From contig NYZE01000144.1 in assembly GCA_002685965.1 (NCBI GenBank), positions 1 to 62,555 of the forward strand: 62,555 nucleotides of DNA, given 5' to 3'. Made by a program: the position numbers and the translations under genes. Below the pieces are notes generated by a model. That model did no database searches, had not been told where the DNA came from, and saw only the letters and a program-made list of their open reading frames with translations. Origin of the DNA: Planctomycetota bacterium (GTDB taxonomy: Bacteria > Planctomycetota > UBA1135 > GCA-002748355). Shown here in pieces: positions 10,986 through 21,311 of the stretch. How positions within the stretch are numbered: the first letter of the stretch is position 1; every line of letters begins with the position of its first letter.

Positions 10986-12041
10986 ATGAAGTTCCTTCCT
11001 CTTTCTATCGCTCCCCTTTCCATCGCCGCTGCCATCTTGGCGGCGGGTCTCAGCGCACAGACGTCCAGCTTGTCGACCGCGACGGACGTTGGCGTCTTTG
11101 CCAACCTTGACAACTCGGCCGACTACAAGTTCATCGCCAAGGACACCCAGATCAGAGGCGAGGCGAACGTCGCCGCGAGGGTCGGGTCACGCGAAAAGGC
11201 CGCGGCTGGCGCTTCGACGACGGCCAACGTCAAGGCGGCGAAGAGCGCTGTCAGCGTGATTGTCAACGAGTCGGCCCACGCAAACCTAGCGGCCGCAGGC
11301 AAGGCCAGCGCCGGAACCAGCTCGTCCAACGATCCGAAGAACGCCAAGCAGGGGCCGCACTCCTTCTTGCTCGGCTACTCGGCCAAGAAGGACAGCAAGT
11401 GGATCGTTGGCGTTTCCTACACGGGACGCGTGTCGGGCAGCGGTGCGCGCGCCAGCACCGAGGTCGATATCGGCAACAACAAAAGTGTCGAGTTCAAGGC
11501 GGCAGCAGATGGCAAGACCTACCGCAAGGAGTTCGCGGTCACGGCCGGCGATCGCGGCATCTCCGTCTTGATGTCCACGGATGGGGCGACAGCCGTGACG
11601 GCGGCCGGCAGCGCAGGCTACAAGGCTTCGCTCATTGTCTCCATTCGTCCGGCCGACAACACCACGCGTCGCTGCACGGCCCGAGCCTACGGCCGCAGCT
11701 GTGGTCCCGTCATGGTAGCGGCCGAGAGCAAGCGTGGCGGCGAGACCGTGCTGACGTTCAAGACCCGGAACGCCAAGAGCCCCGGCGTCGCCCTGTTCAT
11801 GATCGGGGCCGAGCGCGCCGAAATATTGATCCCGGGCACGCGCTGCTACCTCAACCTGAAGCCGCTGGTCTTCCTTCCGCACGCTGTCGAGCGTGATGGC
11901 ACGGCGTCGATCAGTTTCGTTATCCCCAAGGCCCTCGAAGGCTCGTGGGTCAACCAGGACGCGACGCTCTCGGGCGACGCTCGCAAGATCGCAATCGGAA
12001 TGACCAACGGCATCGAGATCACTTGCAAGAAAGCCCAGTAG
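10986..12041 (+). CDS. Secreted hypothetical protein (signal peptide, beta-rich core, Cys-containing C-terminal domain)
   Basis: Signal peptide MKFLPLSIAPLSIAAAILAAGLSA|Q; strongly biased codon usage; no family recognised. Confidence 0.75.
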   Translation: MKFLPLSIAPLSIAAAILAAGLSAQTSSLSTATDVGVFANLDNSADYKFIAKDTQIRGEANVAARVGSREKAAAGASTTANVKAAKSAVSVIVNESAHANLAAAGKASAGTSSSNDPKNAKQGPHSFLLGYSAKKDSKWIVGVSYTGRVSGSGARASTEVDIGNNKSVEFKAAADGKTYRKEFAVTAGDRGISVLMSTDGATAVTAAGSAGYKASLIVSIRPADNTTRRCTARAYGRSCGPVMVAAESKRGGETVLTFKTRNAKSPGVALFMIGAERAEILIPGTRCYLNLKPLVFLPHAVERDGTASISFVIPKALEGSWVNQDATLSGDARKIAIGMTNGIEITCKKAQ

Positions 12042-12055
12042 GGCAGCGGGCTAGG

Positions 12056-12946
12056 TCACCTCGCGTGTCGTAGCCGTGACAGGATCGCGCGTGTCGCCGA
12101 CGACTTGTTGAGCGTGTAGAAATGCAGGCCCGGCACGTCGTTGGCCAGTAGCTCGCGGCACTGGTCGATCGCGTAGCTGATACCGATGCTGGTGACGGCC
12201 GCGCGGTCGTTCTTGGCCGCTTTGAGTCTGTCAGTGAGTTTCACGGGAATGTGCGTGCCGCACATTCTCGTGAAGCGGCGGACCTGCTTGTAGTTCGTGA
12301 TCGGCATGATGCCGGGGACGATCGGCACCGCGATGCCGATGGCGCGCGCGCGCTCCTGAAACGCGAAGAAGTCCGCGTTGTTGAAGAACAGCTGCGTGAC
12401 CAGGTAGTCCGCGCCGGCGTCGACCTTGGCCTTGAGATTGGCCAGATCCTGCTCGGCGGTTGCAGCTTCTGGATGCTTCTCCGGATAGCACGCGGCGGCC
12501 AAGCAGAGCGGCGCGCCGAGGTCGCGGATGAAGGCGATCAGCTCCGAGCCGTAGCGGAAGCCGTCCGGTGCCGGGCGAAACTCGGTCTCTCCGGTCGGCG
12601 GATCACCGCGCAGCGCCAGAACGTTCTCGATGCCCGCCGCGACGATCCCATCGATGATCTCGGCCAGTTCGTCGCGCGAGTGACCGACACAGGTCAGGTG
12701 CGCCATCGCTTCGAGACCGATGTCGTTCTTGATTCGGCTCACGAGCTCGAGCGTCTTGCGCCGTGTGCTGCCGCCCGCACCGTAGGTAACCGAGATGAAT
12801 GACGGCGCCAGCGGTGCCAGCTCGTCGCGGGCGACGCGGAATAGCTCTTCGACGGCTTCGTCCGTCTTGGGTGGGAAGAACTCGAAAGAGACGACCCGGC
12901 GGTCCTCTGCTTCATAAGCGGCGAATAGGTCGGCGATGCGGACCAT
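12056..12946 (-). CDS. metF: 5,10-methylenetetrahydrofolate reductase
   Basis: SFEFFPPK, SVTYGAGG, AHLTC, LALRGDPP, TQLFF and HFYTLN. ATG 12946 overlaps the upstream stop codon. Confidence 0.96.
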   Translation of the reverse strand: MVRIADLFAAYEAEDRRVVSFEFFPPKTDEAVEELFRVARDELAPLAPSFISVTYGAGGSTRRKTLELVSRIKNDIGLEAMAHLTCVGHSRDELAEIIDGIVAAGIENVLALRGDPPTGETEFRPAPDGFRYGSELIAFIRDLGAPLCLAAACYPEKHPEAATAEQDLANLKAKVDAGADYLVTQLFFNNADFFAFQERARAIGIAVPIVPGIMPITNYKQVRRFTRMCGTHIPVKLTDRLKAAKNDRAAVTSIGISYAIDQCRELLANDVPGLHFYTLNKSSATRAILSRLRHAR

Positions 12947-14454
12947 CAGCTGTCCTGATCGACCGGCGGCTTGAGCTTCCTGTTGAGCAACCGCAGAACC
13001 ACAAACGCGAGCGTCCACTGCGCGACGCACGTGCCGACAGAGTAGGTGTCGAGCGGATCCCACCAATGTGCGGCCCACTTGCCACTCACCGACTCATAGA
13101 ACCACCAGCCCAACAGCCAAGCGAACTGTACCGGGATCGCGGCCATCAGGACCCAGTTGAACCACGGCCCGAGTTGGAAGCCCACCCCGCTGCGGTTGAT
13201 CCACTCCCTGCGAAACGTATCGCAGCCGACACGCCACACCGCGATCACGCAGATGAGACCACTGATGAGCAGTCCGAGTCCCCATGCCCAATCCTGGTTG
13301 TCGAGGAACCCCAGGCTCATGGCAGACGGAATCCCGGCCGCGAAACCGACACCGCAGACGAACCCGATCGCGCGCCGGCGTGACAGCCCGAGATCCATCA
13401 CGCAGCGGGTCGCAAGCTCCACCATGGCGATCAACGAAGTCAGTGCGGCGAACGTGAGAGCCAAGAAGAACATCGCCGACAGCCAGGGGCCGGCGGCCCC
13501 GAGCTCACCGAACAGACGCGGAATCCAGACCATCGCCATGCCCGTGTTGCCGGGCGTGTTGGTCTGGAGAACTTGAACGGCGTCTGCGTTGAGTAACGGT
13601 GCGAGTGCGAACACGGCCGGGATCGTCGCCATCGCCGCAACGAGGCTCGCGGTGTTGTTGCCGACGCCCGTGATGAGCGCGTTGCCTACACCGTTCTCCT
13701 TGGTCGAGGAACCGATCGCGAAGGTCATCAACAGTCCCCAGCCAGCGCCGGTCGAGAACGCAGATTGGCTGAGGGCTTCGAGCCACGGTTTGGTGGTCAA
13801 AAGCGCATCGCCGTTGACGCGGAACATGTAGTCGATGCCGCGGTGGGCGCCCTCGCGCGTGAGGCCGACGACTAGCAGGACCAGGAGCAAGGCGAAGAGG
13901 ATTGGCAGGAAGATCTTGTTCGCCCGTTCGATACCGCCCCGCAGACCGCGCGCGACGAAGAACGCCGCGATGCCGAAAACCAGCGCGGTCGCGAGCAACG
14001 CTGGGGCACCTTGCGCCAGCCCTTTGAAGTGTTCGGTGGCCGCCTCTTTGCCGAGTGCTCCGATCGCGCCGCGCAACGACTCGATGACATAGATGCCGCA
14101 CCAGCCAGCGATGACGGCGTAGTAGCACATGATCATCGTCGTGCAGAGCGCGACGAAGGCGCCGAGCCAGGCCAGCTTCGGACCAAGCATCGAGCTGAGC
14201 GAAGCCACGACACCCCGGCGTGTCTTCTTGCCGATCGAGAACTCGACGATCAAGAGAGGGATCGACCAGGTAAACAGGAAGATCACCCACGGGATCAGGA
14301 AGGTCCCGCCACCGTCGAACTTGGCGATGATGCGCGGGAATCTCCAGATGTTCCCGGTGCCGATCGCCATGCCGAGCGCGACCAGCAACAGCGCGAAGCG
14401 CGACGAGAACAGATCCTTGGGTTCCTCTCTCTCCGCTGCCATCAGGGCGCTCAT
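12946..14454 (-). CDS. Sodium-dependent transporter, NSS/SNF family
   Basis: [27 protein letters not shown] and [11 protein letters not shown]; about 12 hydrophobic segments. Confidence 0.93.
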   Translation of the reverse strand: MSALMAAEREEPKDLFSSRFALLLVALGMAIGTGNIWRFPRIIAKFDGGGTFLIPWVIFLFTWSIPLLIVEFSIGKKTRRGVVASLSSMLGPKLAWLGAFVALCTTMIMCYYAVIAGWCGIYVIESLRGAIGALGKEAATEHFKGLAQGAPALLATALVFGIAAFFVARGLRGGIERANKIFLPILFALLLVLLVVGLTREGAHRGIDYMFRVNGDALLTTKPWLEALSQSAFSTGAGWGLLMTFAIGSSTKENGVGNALITGVGNNTASLVAAMATIPAVFALAPLLNADAVQVLQTNTPGNTGMAMVWIPRLFGELGAAGPWLSAMFFLALTFAALTSLIAMVELATRCVMDLGLSRRRAIGFVCGVGFAAGIPSAMSLGFLDNQDWAWGLGLLISGLICVIAVWRVGCDTFRREWINRSGVGFQLGPWFNWVLMAAIPVQFAWLLGWWFYESVSGKWAAHWWDPLDTYSVGTCVAQWTLAFVVLRLLNRKLKPPVDQDS

Positions 14455-14492
14455 CTTTCGTTCGCCGCGCGGGCTTTGCTACTCTCTTCCGG

Positions 14493-16178
14493 ATGTCCCC
14501 AGAAGCTATAGCCGGGCCCCGCCCCGTTCGCGCGCCCCGAGGCAACGCACTCCACTGCGCGAACTGGCAGATCGAGGCGGCCTTTCGCATGATCCAGAAC
14601 AACCTCGACCCCGAGGTTGCCGAGGATCCGGATCGCCTCGTCGTCTACGGCGGCTCGGGCAAGGCGGCACGCAGTTGGCCGGACTTCGATCGCATCCTCG
14701 CTTGCCTGCAGCGACTCAAACCCGACGAGACGATGCTCGTGCAGTCAGGCCGCGCCGTCGGAGTGTTCCGAACGCACGAGGACGCGCCGCGGGTTTTGAT
14801 CGCCAACAGCAACCTCGTTGGCAAGTGGGCCGATTGGGACGAGTTCCGCCGCCTCGAAGCCATGGGCCTGACGATGTTCGGGCAGATGACCGCAGGGTCG
14901 TGGATCTACATCGGCAGCCAAGGGATTCTGCAAGGCACTTACGAGACATTCGCTGCCGCTGCACGACAGCACTGGGGTGCGCAAGCAGACCTCGCTGGTC
15001 GACTCGTCGTGACCGGAGGGTGTGGCGGCATGGGTGGCGCACAACCACTCTCGGTGACGCTCAATGGCGGTGTCTGTTTGATCGCGGAAGTCGATCGGTC
15101 GCGCGCGGAGAAGCGCATCGCGACGCGCTACCTCGACGCGATCGTTGACGACATCGATGCGGCGATCGACGCCGCGCTCGAGGCCAAGCGCGATGCCCGC
15201 ACGTTTTCGGTCGCTTGGATCGGGCCAGCGTCAGACCTGTGCGCGCGGCTGTTGGGACGCGACGTAATTCCAGACTTATTGACGGATCAAACGAGTGCGC
15301 ATGACTTGATGAACGGCTACGTGCCGGACGGCATGTCGTTCGCGGATGCGTTGGAGCAGCGTTCAAGCGATCCCGAGCGTTACCTTGCCGAGTCAAAACG
15401 CACCGTCCGTCGACACGTCGAACTCATGGTCGCTTTGCTGGATCGTGGCGCGATCACCTTCGACTATGGCAACAACATCCGCACTGCAGCACATGAGGAA
15501 GGCTACGATCGCTCGTACGCGTTTCCTGGTTTCGTACCAGCCTACGTCCGCCCGCTGTTTTGCGAGGGCAAGGGCCCGTTCCGGTGGGTCGCCCTGTCGG
15601 GCGAAGCGTCTGATATTCACCGCACCGACGAACTCGTGCTCGAGATGTTTCCTGACAACCGTTTCCTCTGCCGCTGGATCGAGTTGGCGCGCGACAAGGT
15701 CGCGTTCCAAGGGCTACCTTCTCGCATCTGTTGGCTGGGCTACGGCGAACGTGATCGCTTCGCGGTTGCGGTCAACGAACTCGTCGCGAGCGGCGAGATC
15801 TCGGCGCCGATTGTCTTTGGGCGCGATCACCTCGATTGCGGGTCGGTGGCGAGTCCGTATCGCGAGACCGAAGACATGAAGGACGGTTCGGACGCAATCG
15901 CCGATTGGCCGATTCTCAACGCGCTCCTGTCCGTGGCGACCGGAGCTACGTGGACGAGTTTCCACCATGGCGGCGGTGTTGGGATAGGCTATTCGCTGCA
16001 TGCCGGACAGGTCGCTGTAGCCGATGGAACACCCGAGGCAGGCGAGAGATTGAAACGGGTCTTGATCGGAGATCCGGGCATAGGAATCGTTCGGCATGCG
16101 GATGCTGGCTATGAAGAAGCTCGCTCTGCCGCCCGGCGCTTCTGTGTGGATTTAGGGCAACCGACTAAGAAGGACTGA
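14493..16178 (+). CDS. hutU: Urocanate hydratase
   Basis: [39 protein letters not shown] and HHGGGVG. Confidence 0.97.
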   Translation: MSPEAIAGPRPVRAPRGNALHCANWQIEAAFRMIQNNLDPEVAEDPDRLVVYGGSGKAARSWPDFDRILACLQRLKPDETMLVQSGRAVGVFRTHEDAPRVLIANSNLVGKWADWDEFRRLEAMGLTMFGQMTAGSWIYIGSQGILQGTYETFAAAARQHWGAQADLAGRLVVTGGCGGMGGAQPLSVTLNGGVCLIAEVDRSRAEKRIATRYLDAIVDDIDAAIDAALEAKRDARTFSVAWIGPASDLCARLLGRDVIPDLLTDQTSAHDLMNGYVPDGMSFADALEQRSSDPERYLAESKRTVRRHVELMVALLDRGAITFDYGNNIRTAAHEEGYDRSYAFPGFVPAYVRPLFCEGKGPFRWVALSGEASDIHRTDELVLEMFPDNRFLCRWIELARDKVAFQGLPSRICWLGYGERDRFAVAVNELVASGEISAPIVFGRDHLDCGSVASPYRETEDMKDGSDAIADWPILNALLSVATGATWTSFHHGGGVGIGYSLHAGQVAVADGTPEAGERLKRVLIGDPGIGIVRHADAGYEEARSAARRFCVDLGQPTKKD

Positions 16179-16181
16179 CCA

Positions 16182-16763
16182 ATGACCGCGTTCTTGTTCG
16201 CCAGCCTGGCGCTGTACATTCCCATCGGTGTCGTTGTCCTCACGATCCTGATACTGGTCGTCGTCTACAACGGCCTCGTGTCAGGCCGCAACGAAACCGA
16301 GAACGCTTGGAGTCAAGTCGACGTGCAGCTCAAGCGACGGTACGACCTCATCCCGAATCTGGTCGAGACCGCCAAGGGCTACATGGAGCACGAGAAGGAG
16401 ACTCTCGAAGCTGTCATCAAGGCGCGCCAGCAGGCAATCAGCGTTGCCGATGGCAGCGTCGTCGATCAGGCCAAGGCCGAGAACTTCTTGTCGCAGACGC
16501 TGCGCTCGTTGTTCGCCGTGACCGAGAGCTATCCGGATCTCAAGGCGAATCAGAACATGCTGGCGCTGCAAGAGGAGCTGACCAGCACCGAGAACCGCAT
16601 CGGTTTTGCGCGGCAGCACTTCAACGATGCCGTGCTCCGTTACAACAACCGCGTGCAGCAGTTCCCGGGCGTCATGGTCGCCGGGATGTTCGGCTTCAGC
16701 GAGGGTGAGTTCTTCGAACTCCAGGACGAAGGGCAGCGCGAGCCGGTCCAGGTCAAGTTCTGA
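16182..16763 (+). CDS. lemA: LemA family protein
   Basis: N-terminal TM helix, WSQVDVQLKRRYDLIPNLV, YPDLKANQN and TENRIGFARQ. Confidence 0.93.
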   Translation: MTAFLFASLALYIPIGVVVLTILILVVVYNGLVSGRNETENAWSQVDVQLKRRYDLIPNLVETAKGYMEHEKETLEAVIKARQQAISVADGSVVDQAKAENFLSQTLRSLFAVTESYPDLKANQNMLALQEELTSTENRIGFARQHFNDAVLRYNNRVQQFPGVMVAGMFGFSEGEFFELQDEGQREPVQVKF

Positions 16764-16839
16764 GTCAGTTCACGAGATTGTCTGACCGCGTCGTCGGTCA
16801 GCGCTGTTTCTCGAGCCGTGTCATCCGGCCAACGGGCTG

Positions 16840-17775
16840 ATGGTCGAAACCGTCAAAGCAGCCAAGCGGCCCGCGCGGCATGGCCCGCGCGTCTCGTTCA
16901 TCGAGCTACAGGCGCGCAACAAGCGCCGCTCGTTCATTCTCGTAGTGATGATGCTGGGCATCGTGACCGCCATCGGCACGACCCTCGGCGCGACCTGGGG
17001 ATGCTGGTGGCTTGGCCTGCTGATAGGGTTGGTCGCCGCGATCATTCACTACGCCGCGGCACGCATGAGCGGTACACGGATGGTCATGGCGGCAACCGGT
17101 GCTCGGCCGCTGGGGAAGCGAGAGGACCCGCAGCTCGTCAACGTCATCGAAGAGATCGCGATCTCTGCTGGCATGCCGTGTCCGGCGATCTGGATCATCG
17201 AGGAGGACAGCTCAAACGCGTTCGCGACCGGCTTCGACCGCGACGACGCAGCCGTGGCGATCACGCGCGGGCTGAGGCACAAGCTCAAGCGGGACGAGTT
17301 ACAAGCGGTCATCGCGCATGAGATCGGCCACATCCGCAACGGTGACTCGGGCTACATGGTGTTGATGGCCGTGCTCGTCGGCTCCGTTGCCCTGCTTGCC
17401 GACATAGGTATCCGCACCCTGCGGCACGGCGGGCGGTCGCGCAGGGGCGGCGCACAGGCGGTCGGGCTCATTGTCTTGCTCGTGCTCGTCGTTCTGGCGC
17501 CCCTGTTCGCACGGCTGTTGCGCGCAGCGGTGTCGCGGCAGCGCGAGTTTCTCGCCGACGCCACAGCCGTCGAGTTGACTCGCCAGCCGCAAGCTCTGGT
17601 TTCTGCGCTGCAAAAGCTGACCGCCGACACGACGCCGCTTGTGGCCGCAAACCGCGCCACGAACCACCTCTTCATCGTCAACCCGATGCGCCGGGCCCGT
17701 GCTGGCGGTGGCGCGCTGTCGACGCACCCGCCGCTCGCTGCTCGCATCAAGCGAATCGAGGATCTGTACAGCTGA
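16840..17775 (+). CDS. htpX: M48 family membrane zinc metalloprotease (HtpX-like)
   Basis: NAFATG, AHEIGH (HExxH), SRQREFLAD and STHPP; follows lemA as commonly seen. Confidence 0.85.
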   Translation: MVETVKAAKRPARHGPRVSFIELQARNKRRSFILVVMMLGIVTAIGTTLGATWGCWWLGLLIGLVAAIIHYAAARMSGTRMVMAATGARPLGKREDPQLVNVIEEIAISAGMPCPAIWIIEEDSSNAFATGFDRDDAAVAITRGLRHKLKRDELQAVIAHEIGHIRNGDSGYMVLMAVLVGSVALLADIGIRTLRHGGRSRRGGAQAVGLIVLLVLVVLAPLFARLLRAAVSRQREFLADATAVELTRQPQALVSALQKLTADTTPLVAANRATNHLFIVNPMRRARAGGGALSTHPPLAARIKRIEDLYS

Positions 17776-17789
17776 GCGCGAGGCTTCGG

Positions 17790-19310
17790 CTACTTCGGCG
17801 GAGTAGAGCCGAATCGTACGCCGGATACTGCTGGTGCCGAGTCCGGTGCGCGCACCCACGCCGTTCGCCCATTCGGTAGCGATTGTGCTTCCAATGCGCG
17901 TCCCGCCATGAGCCGCGCGATGAAGGCCGTTCTCGGCGTCTGCGCGCGTTCGGCTTCGGCGAGCGCGACGGGGAGCATGTCGGTGGCCATCTGCTCGGTC
18001 TGCATGATGCGCAGCGTACGTTCCCAACCGACTCTGCGCGCGAGGTCGAGCATCTCCGGCTCGGCGAGGACTTCGGGTAGCCGATTGCCGTGCCGTAGCA
18101 GCCAGCGCAGCGCCATGGATGAGTGGCCAGCCTTGTCGTCGGCGCGGACGAGCGCGAGGACGTCGCTGGGTGTGGCGCGATCGAGGCGCAGCACGAGCAA
18201 ACGGATCGCGCGTGCGTCAGCAGTCCGGCCCAGCCCATCGAGGGAATCGGCGAGGCAGCGCATGGCTTCGGGTCGACTTGGGCCGAGGTCGAGAGCCCGG
18301 TCGGCCCAGGACTTCGCCGTCGCCCAGTCACCAGCGCCGAGTGCGCGCTGACTCTGTTCGATCGTGCTGCGGATGGTCGCCAGGTGTTCGACTGCGCGGC
18401 GGCCGCGGCGGTGGACGTTGCCGATCACGCGTTCCTCGGCGGACCCCGGGGCGACCAACTGGAGCGCGAGTGCGAGCGAGGCGCACATGCGCTGTGGACG
18501 GGCGAGGCGCTCTTGTAGCCGTGCTTGCAGCAGTGCGAGGCTCGCCGCACCGGGCACGAGCATCCGGGCTTGCCGCACGGCCCGACGCGCGGCGTTGAGC
18601 CTGCCGGCCTCGGTGTGCAACTGCGCCTGCAGCAGCCATGCGCGGGCGAGTAGAGGGTCGTGCAATGTCGAGAACCCTGCAGCGTGGCGCGTGGTTGCCG
18701 TCTCGAGCAGCGCCAACGCACGCTCGGAGTCATCGCTTCGCACAGAGCGAACTGCCTCCACGAGTAGAGTCGCCATATCGAGCACATCGACGATGCGCTT
18801 CGTGCGTAGACGTGAGCGGCCCGTGTCGTCGGAGGTCTCAATCGTCACGATGGCGGTGGCGTTCTGCGATGGGTTGACGTGGATCTGAACCGACTCGGTC
18901 CGATGACCACGTGGCATGAACGCTCGTGAGGCCACGAAGCTCACTCTCGGCAGCGCCCTCAGGTTCGCTTGCGTTCCCTGTAGGTCAGGCTCGACGATCG
19001 TGCCACGCACGAAGTGTCCGTTGGCGTCGGGCAACAGAGGTCCCCGCGCGCCGCGCGCCCACCTGATCAGCCAAGCGTCGTTGCCGAGCTCCCTTGCAAA
19101 CGCCGTCGGGTGCCGCGGATCGCGGTGTGCCGCAGAGCACTCATAGGCAAGCACTTCGGCCGCCAGGCAGGCTGCCTGCTCGGCGCTGAGGCCAACCTCG
19201 AGCCGCTGGGTATGCGGAGCTCGATCCACCGTCAGTGCCGTACAAGCCGAGCCGAGGACCATGAGTCCCAAGCTCAGTAGCAGGAGCCAAAGCTGTTTGG
19301 TCTTCTTCAT
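17790..19310 (-). CDS. Putative lipoprotein with TPR-like helical repeats
   Basis: MKKTKQLWLLLLSLGLMVLGSA|C lipobox; Ala/Leu/Arg helical repeats (e.g. ALDLGPSRPEAMRCLADSLDGLGR). Alternative start at 19334. Confidence 0.6.
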   Translation of the reverse strand: MKKTKQLWLLLLSLGLMVLGSACTALTVDRAPHTQRLEVGLSAEQAACLAAEVLAYECSAAHRDPRHPTAFARELGNDAWLIRWARGARGPLLPDANGHFVRGTIVEPDLQGTQANLRALPRVSFVASRAFMPRGHRTESVQIHVNPSQNATAIVTIETSDDTGRSRLRTKRIVDVLDMATLLVEAVRSVRSDDSERALALLETATTRHAAGFSTLHDPLLARAWLLQAQLHTEAGRLNAARRAVRQARMLVPGAASLALLQARLQERLARPQRMCASLALALQLVAPGSAEERVIGNVHRRGRRAVEHLATIRSTIEQSQRALGAGDWATAKSWADRALDLGPSRPEAMRCLADSLDGLGRTADARAIRLLVLRLDRATPSDVLALVRADDKAGHSSMALRWLLRHGNRLPEVLAEPEMLDLARRVGWERTLRIMQTEQMATDMLPVALAEAERAQTPRTAFIARLMAGRALEAQSLPNGRTAWVRAPDSAPAVSGVRFGSTPPK

Positions 19311-19442
19311 GGGCTCGCCGTTCTTGCTCGGCATGTCGAGAATCGCGGCACTTCCTCGTCAAACCGTCGGATCGACCAACGCGGCGGCGCGCTTGAAGGG
19401 GCCTGTGGGGTTCTTGAACACTCGGCTGGCGGTTAGGCTGGC

Positions 19443-19820
19443 TCAGGACTCGGCAACCACCATGGCAAGGGCGTTCTGGTTCGTGTGCGACAACGACACG
19501 TGCAAGGTGCGAATTCCTCGATTCGCCACCAACCGGGCGGCCTCGCCGGAAACCTCGATCGACGGGTTGCCGGCAGCATCGTTGCGCACTTCGATGTCAC
19601 GCCAGCCGACGCCGTCGCCCCAGCCCGTGCCGAGCAGTTTCATGACGGCTTCCTTGGCGGCAAACCGGGCACCGATGGACGCCACCGAACTGCCCCGTCC
19701 CTTGCAGTAGGCGAGTTCGTGGTCGGTCAGAATCCGGGCCAGGAAGCGTTCGCCGTGGCGCGAGACGATGCGTGAGACACGGTCAAGCTCGACGAGATCG
19801 GTGCCTACGGCGATGATCAT
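19443..19820 (-). CDS. acpS: Holo-[acyl-carrier-protein] synthase
   Basis: GTDLVE, RFAAKEAVMK and HVSLSH. Confidence 0.95.
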   Translation of the reverse strand: MIIAVGTDLVELDRVSRIVSRHGERFLARILTDHELAYCKGRGSSVASIGARFAAKEAVMKLLGTGWGDGVGWRDIEVRNDAAGNPSIEVSGEAARLVANRGIRTLHVSLSHTNQNALAMVVAES

Positions 19821-19826
19821 GTGCGG

Positions 19827-20555
19827 ATGATAGAGCGTCGTTGGCTATTCCCGTTCGTGTTGTGCGCAGCTGGCTGTGTCGAACCGGTGGTAAAGGACCG
19901 CCCGACCCCCGGCAGCGTGGAGCCCCTGGCTGTCGCGGCAGTCCCGGCCTGGATCAAGATCGGGATCCCGGTGGACTTGCGGCCCCCTGAGGAGTTCGCG
20001 CGCGGTCATCTGGCCGGTGCGGTCAACCTGCAGGCCGGCTACAAGCAACTCGAGCTGCGCGCGAGGCGGTTCTTCGGGGCGTCGGCGCGGCTGTGCCTCA
20101 TGGCCGAGGATCCGGCCGAGGCTCAGCGGCTTGCGACCAAGGTCGCTGGCTCGTTCGCCGAGATGCGCTTTCTGAACGCCCGCGTCTCCGACCTAGAGGC
20201 ATCGGGGATCAAGTGGCGACGACAGAGGACGATCGCGCCGTCGGAGACGGCAGCGCTTCTGGCGAGCGGTGATGCGCTGTTGATCGATGCGCGAACTGCG
20301 GAAGAGTACGCATCGGGTCACATTGCGGGGGCAGTGCTCATCTACCCGGACGATGCGCCGCGACAGGCAGCCTTCCTGCGACCGGAGCGAACCGTCGTCG
20401 TGATCTGCGAAGCTGGCTGGCGTTCGTCGCTAGTCGTGTCCTGGCTCGACCGCGTCGGCTTCGCCGACGCGCGCAACTTGATCGGTGGCATGGTCGCGTG
20501 GCGGAAGGCCGATAAACCGATCGAGCGTGGCGACGAGCAGCGGTCGTTCAAGTAA
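19827..20555 (+). CDS. Tandem rhodanese-domain protein, probable lipoprotein
   Basis: VDLRPPEEFARGHLAGA and IDARTAEEYASGHIAGA domains; active-site loop CEAGWRS in the second domain; N-terminal LCAAG|C lipobox-like motif. Confidence 0.82.
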   Translation: MIERRWLFPFVLCAAGCVEPVVKDRPTPGSVEPLAVAAVPAWIKIGIPVDLRPPEEFARGHLAGAVNLQAGYKQLELRARRFFGASARLCLMAEDPAEAQRLATKVAGSFAEMRFLNARVSDLEASGIKWRRQRTIAPSETAALLASGDALLIDARTAEEYASGHIAGAVLIYPDDAPRQAAFLRPERTVVVICEAGWRSSLVVSWLDRVGFADARNLIGGMVAWRKADKPIERGDEQRSFK

Positions 20556-21294
20556 GGCGTGGGATGACCCGGTTGGCCGGGATGCCTTCCCACAGCGCCA
20601 CACCACCGGTCAGCCCAGCGTCGTTGCGAATCAGGATCACGTTGTCCGGAAGCGACAGCGATGCGAGGTGGCGCGCGTTGCCACCGCCGACATAGATGGT
20701 GTCGCAAGACAAGCATCTCTGATAGAGCGCGAGCGCTGTCGGAACGAGGTCGAGCCACGCGTTGACGCCGATGCGCTTGAGGGCGGCATCGCCGAGTTCC
20801 TGCTCGAACGAGGTCTTGTCGGCGCCAGGGAGGCACCACGGCAGGTGGCCGAGTTCCAGATTTGGAATGAGCGTGCCATCCAGGAACATGGCTGATCCGA
20901 TCCCGGTCCCGAGGGTGAGCACCAGCTCCAGGCCGTTGCCCGAGACGCAACCGAGGCCTTGCACGTCGGCGTCGTTGGCAGCGCGGACGGGAACGCCGAG
21001 CAAATCACCGAGCTCACGGGCCAGGTCGAGACCTTGCCATCCTGTGTCGAGGTTGACTGCCCGCGTGCAGATGCCTCCACGCACGACGGCCGGGAAGCCG
21101 AACCCCGCGCGGTCGAACGAGCCGACGCGGCTCGCGGCATCGGCGATCTGCGCCAGAACGGGGCTGGGAGTGGACGGTGACGGAGTGGACTCGATGAGCG
21201 GTGGGTCAATAGCCTGTCCATCAGCCTCGCAGCGGAGCACCTTGATCGAGGTCCCGCCGACGTCGATGCAGAGCGTGATCGGACCGGTCTCCAT
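20548..21294 (-). CDS. ROK family kinase (polyphosphate glucokinase-like)
   Basis: IDVGGTSIK, GFGFP, NDADVQG, LTLGTGIGSA, NLELGH and GGGN. Start moved to ATG 21294. Confidence 0.88.
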   Translation of the reverse strand: METGPITLCIDVGGTSIKVLRCEADGQAIDPPLIESTPSPSTPSPVLAQIADAASRVGSFDRAGFGFPAVVRGGICTRAVNLDTGWQGLDLARELGDLLGVPVRAANDADVQGLGCVSGNGLELVLTLGTGIGSAMFLDGTLIPNLELGHLPWCLPGADKTSFEQELGDAALKRIGVNAWLDLVPTALALYQRCLSCDTIYVGGGNARHLASLSLPDNVILIRNDAGLTGGVALWEGIPANRVIPRLT

Positions 21295-21311
21295 CGTGCT
21301 ATCTTGCGCGC

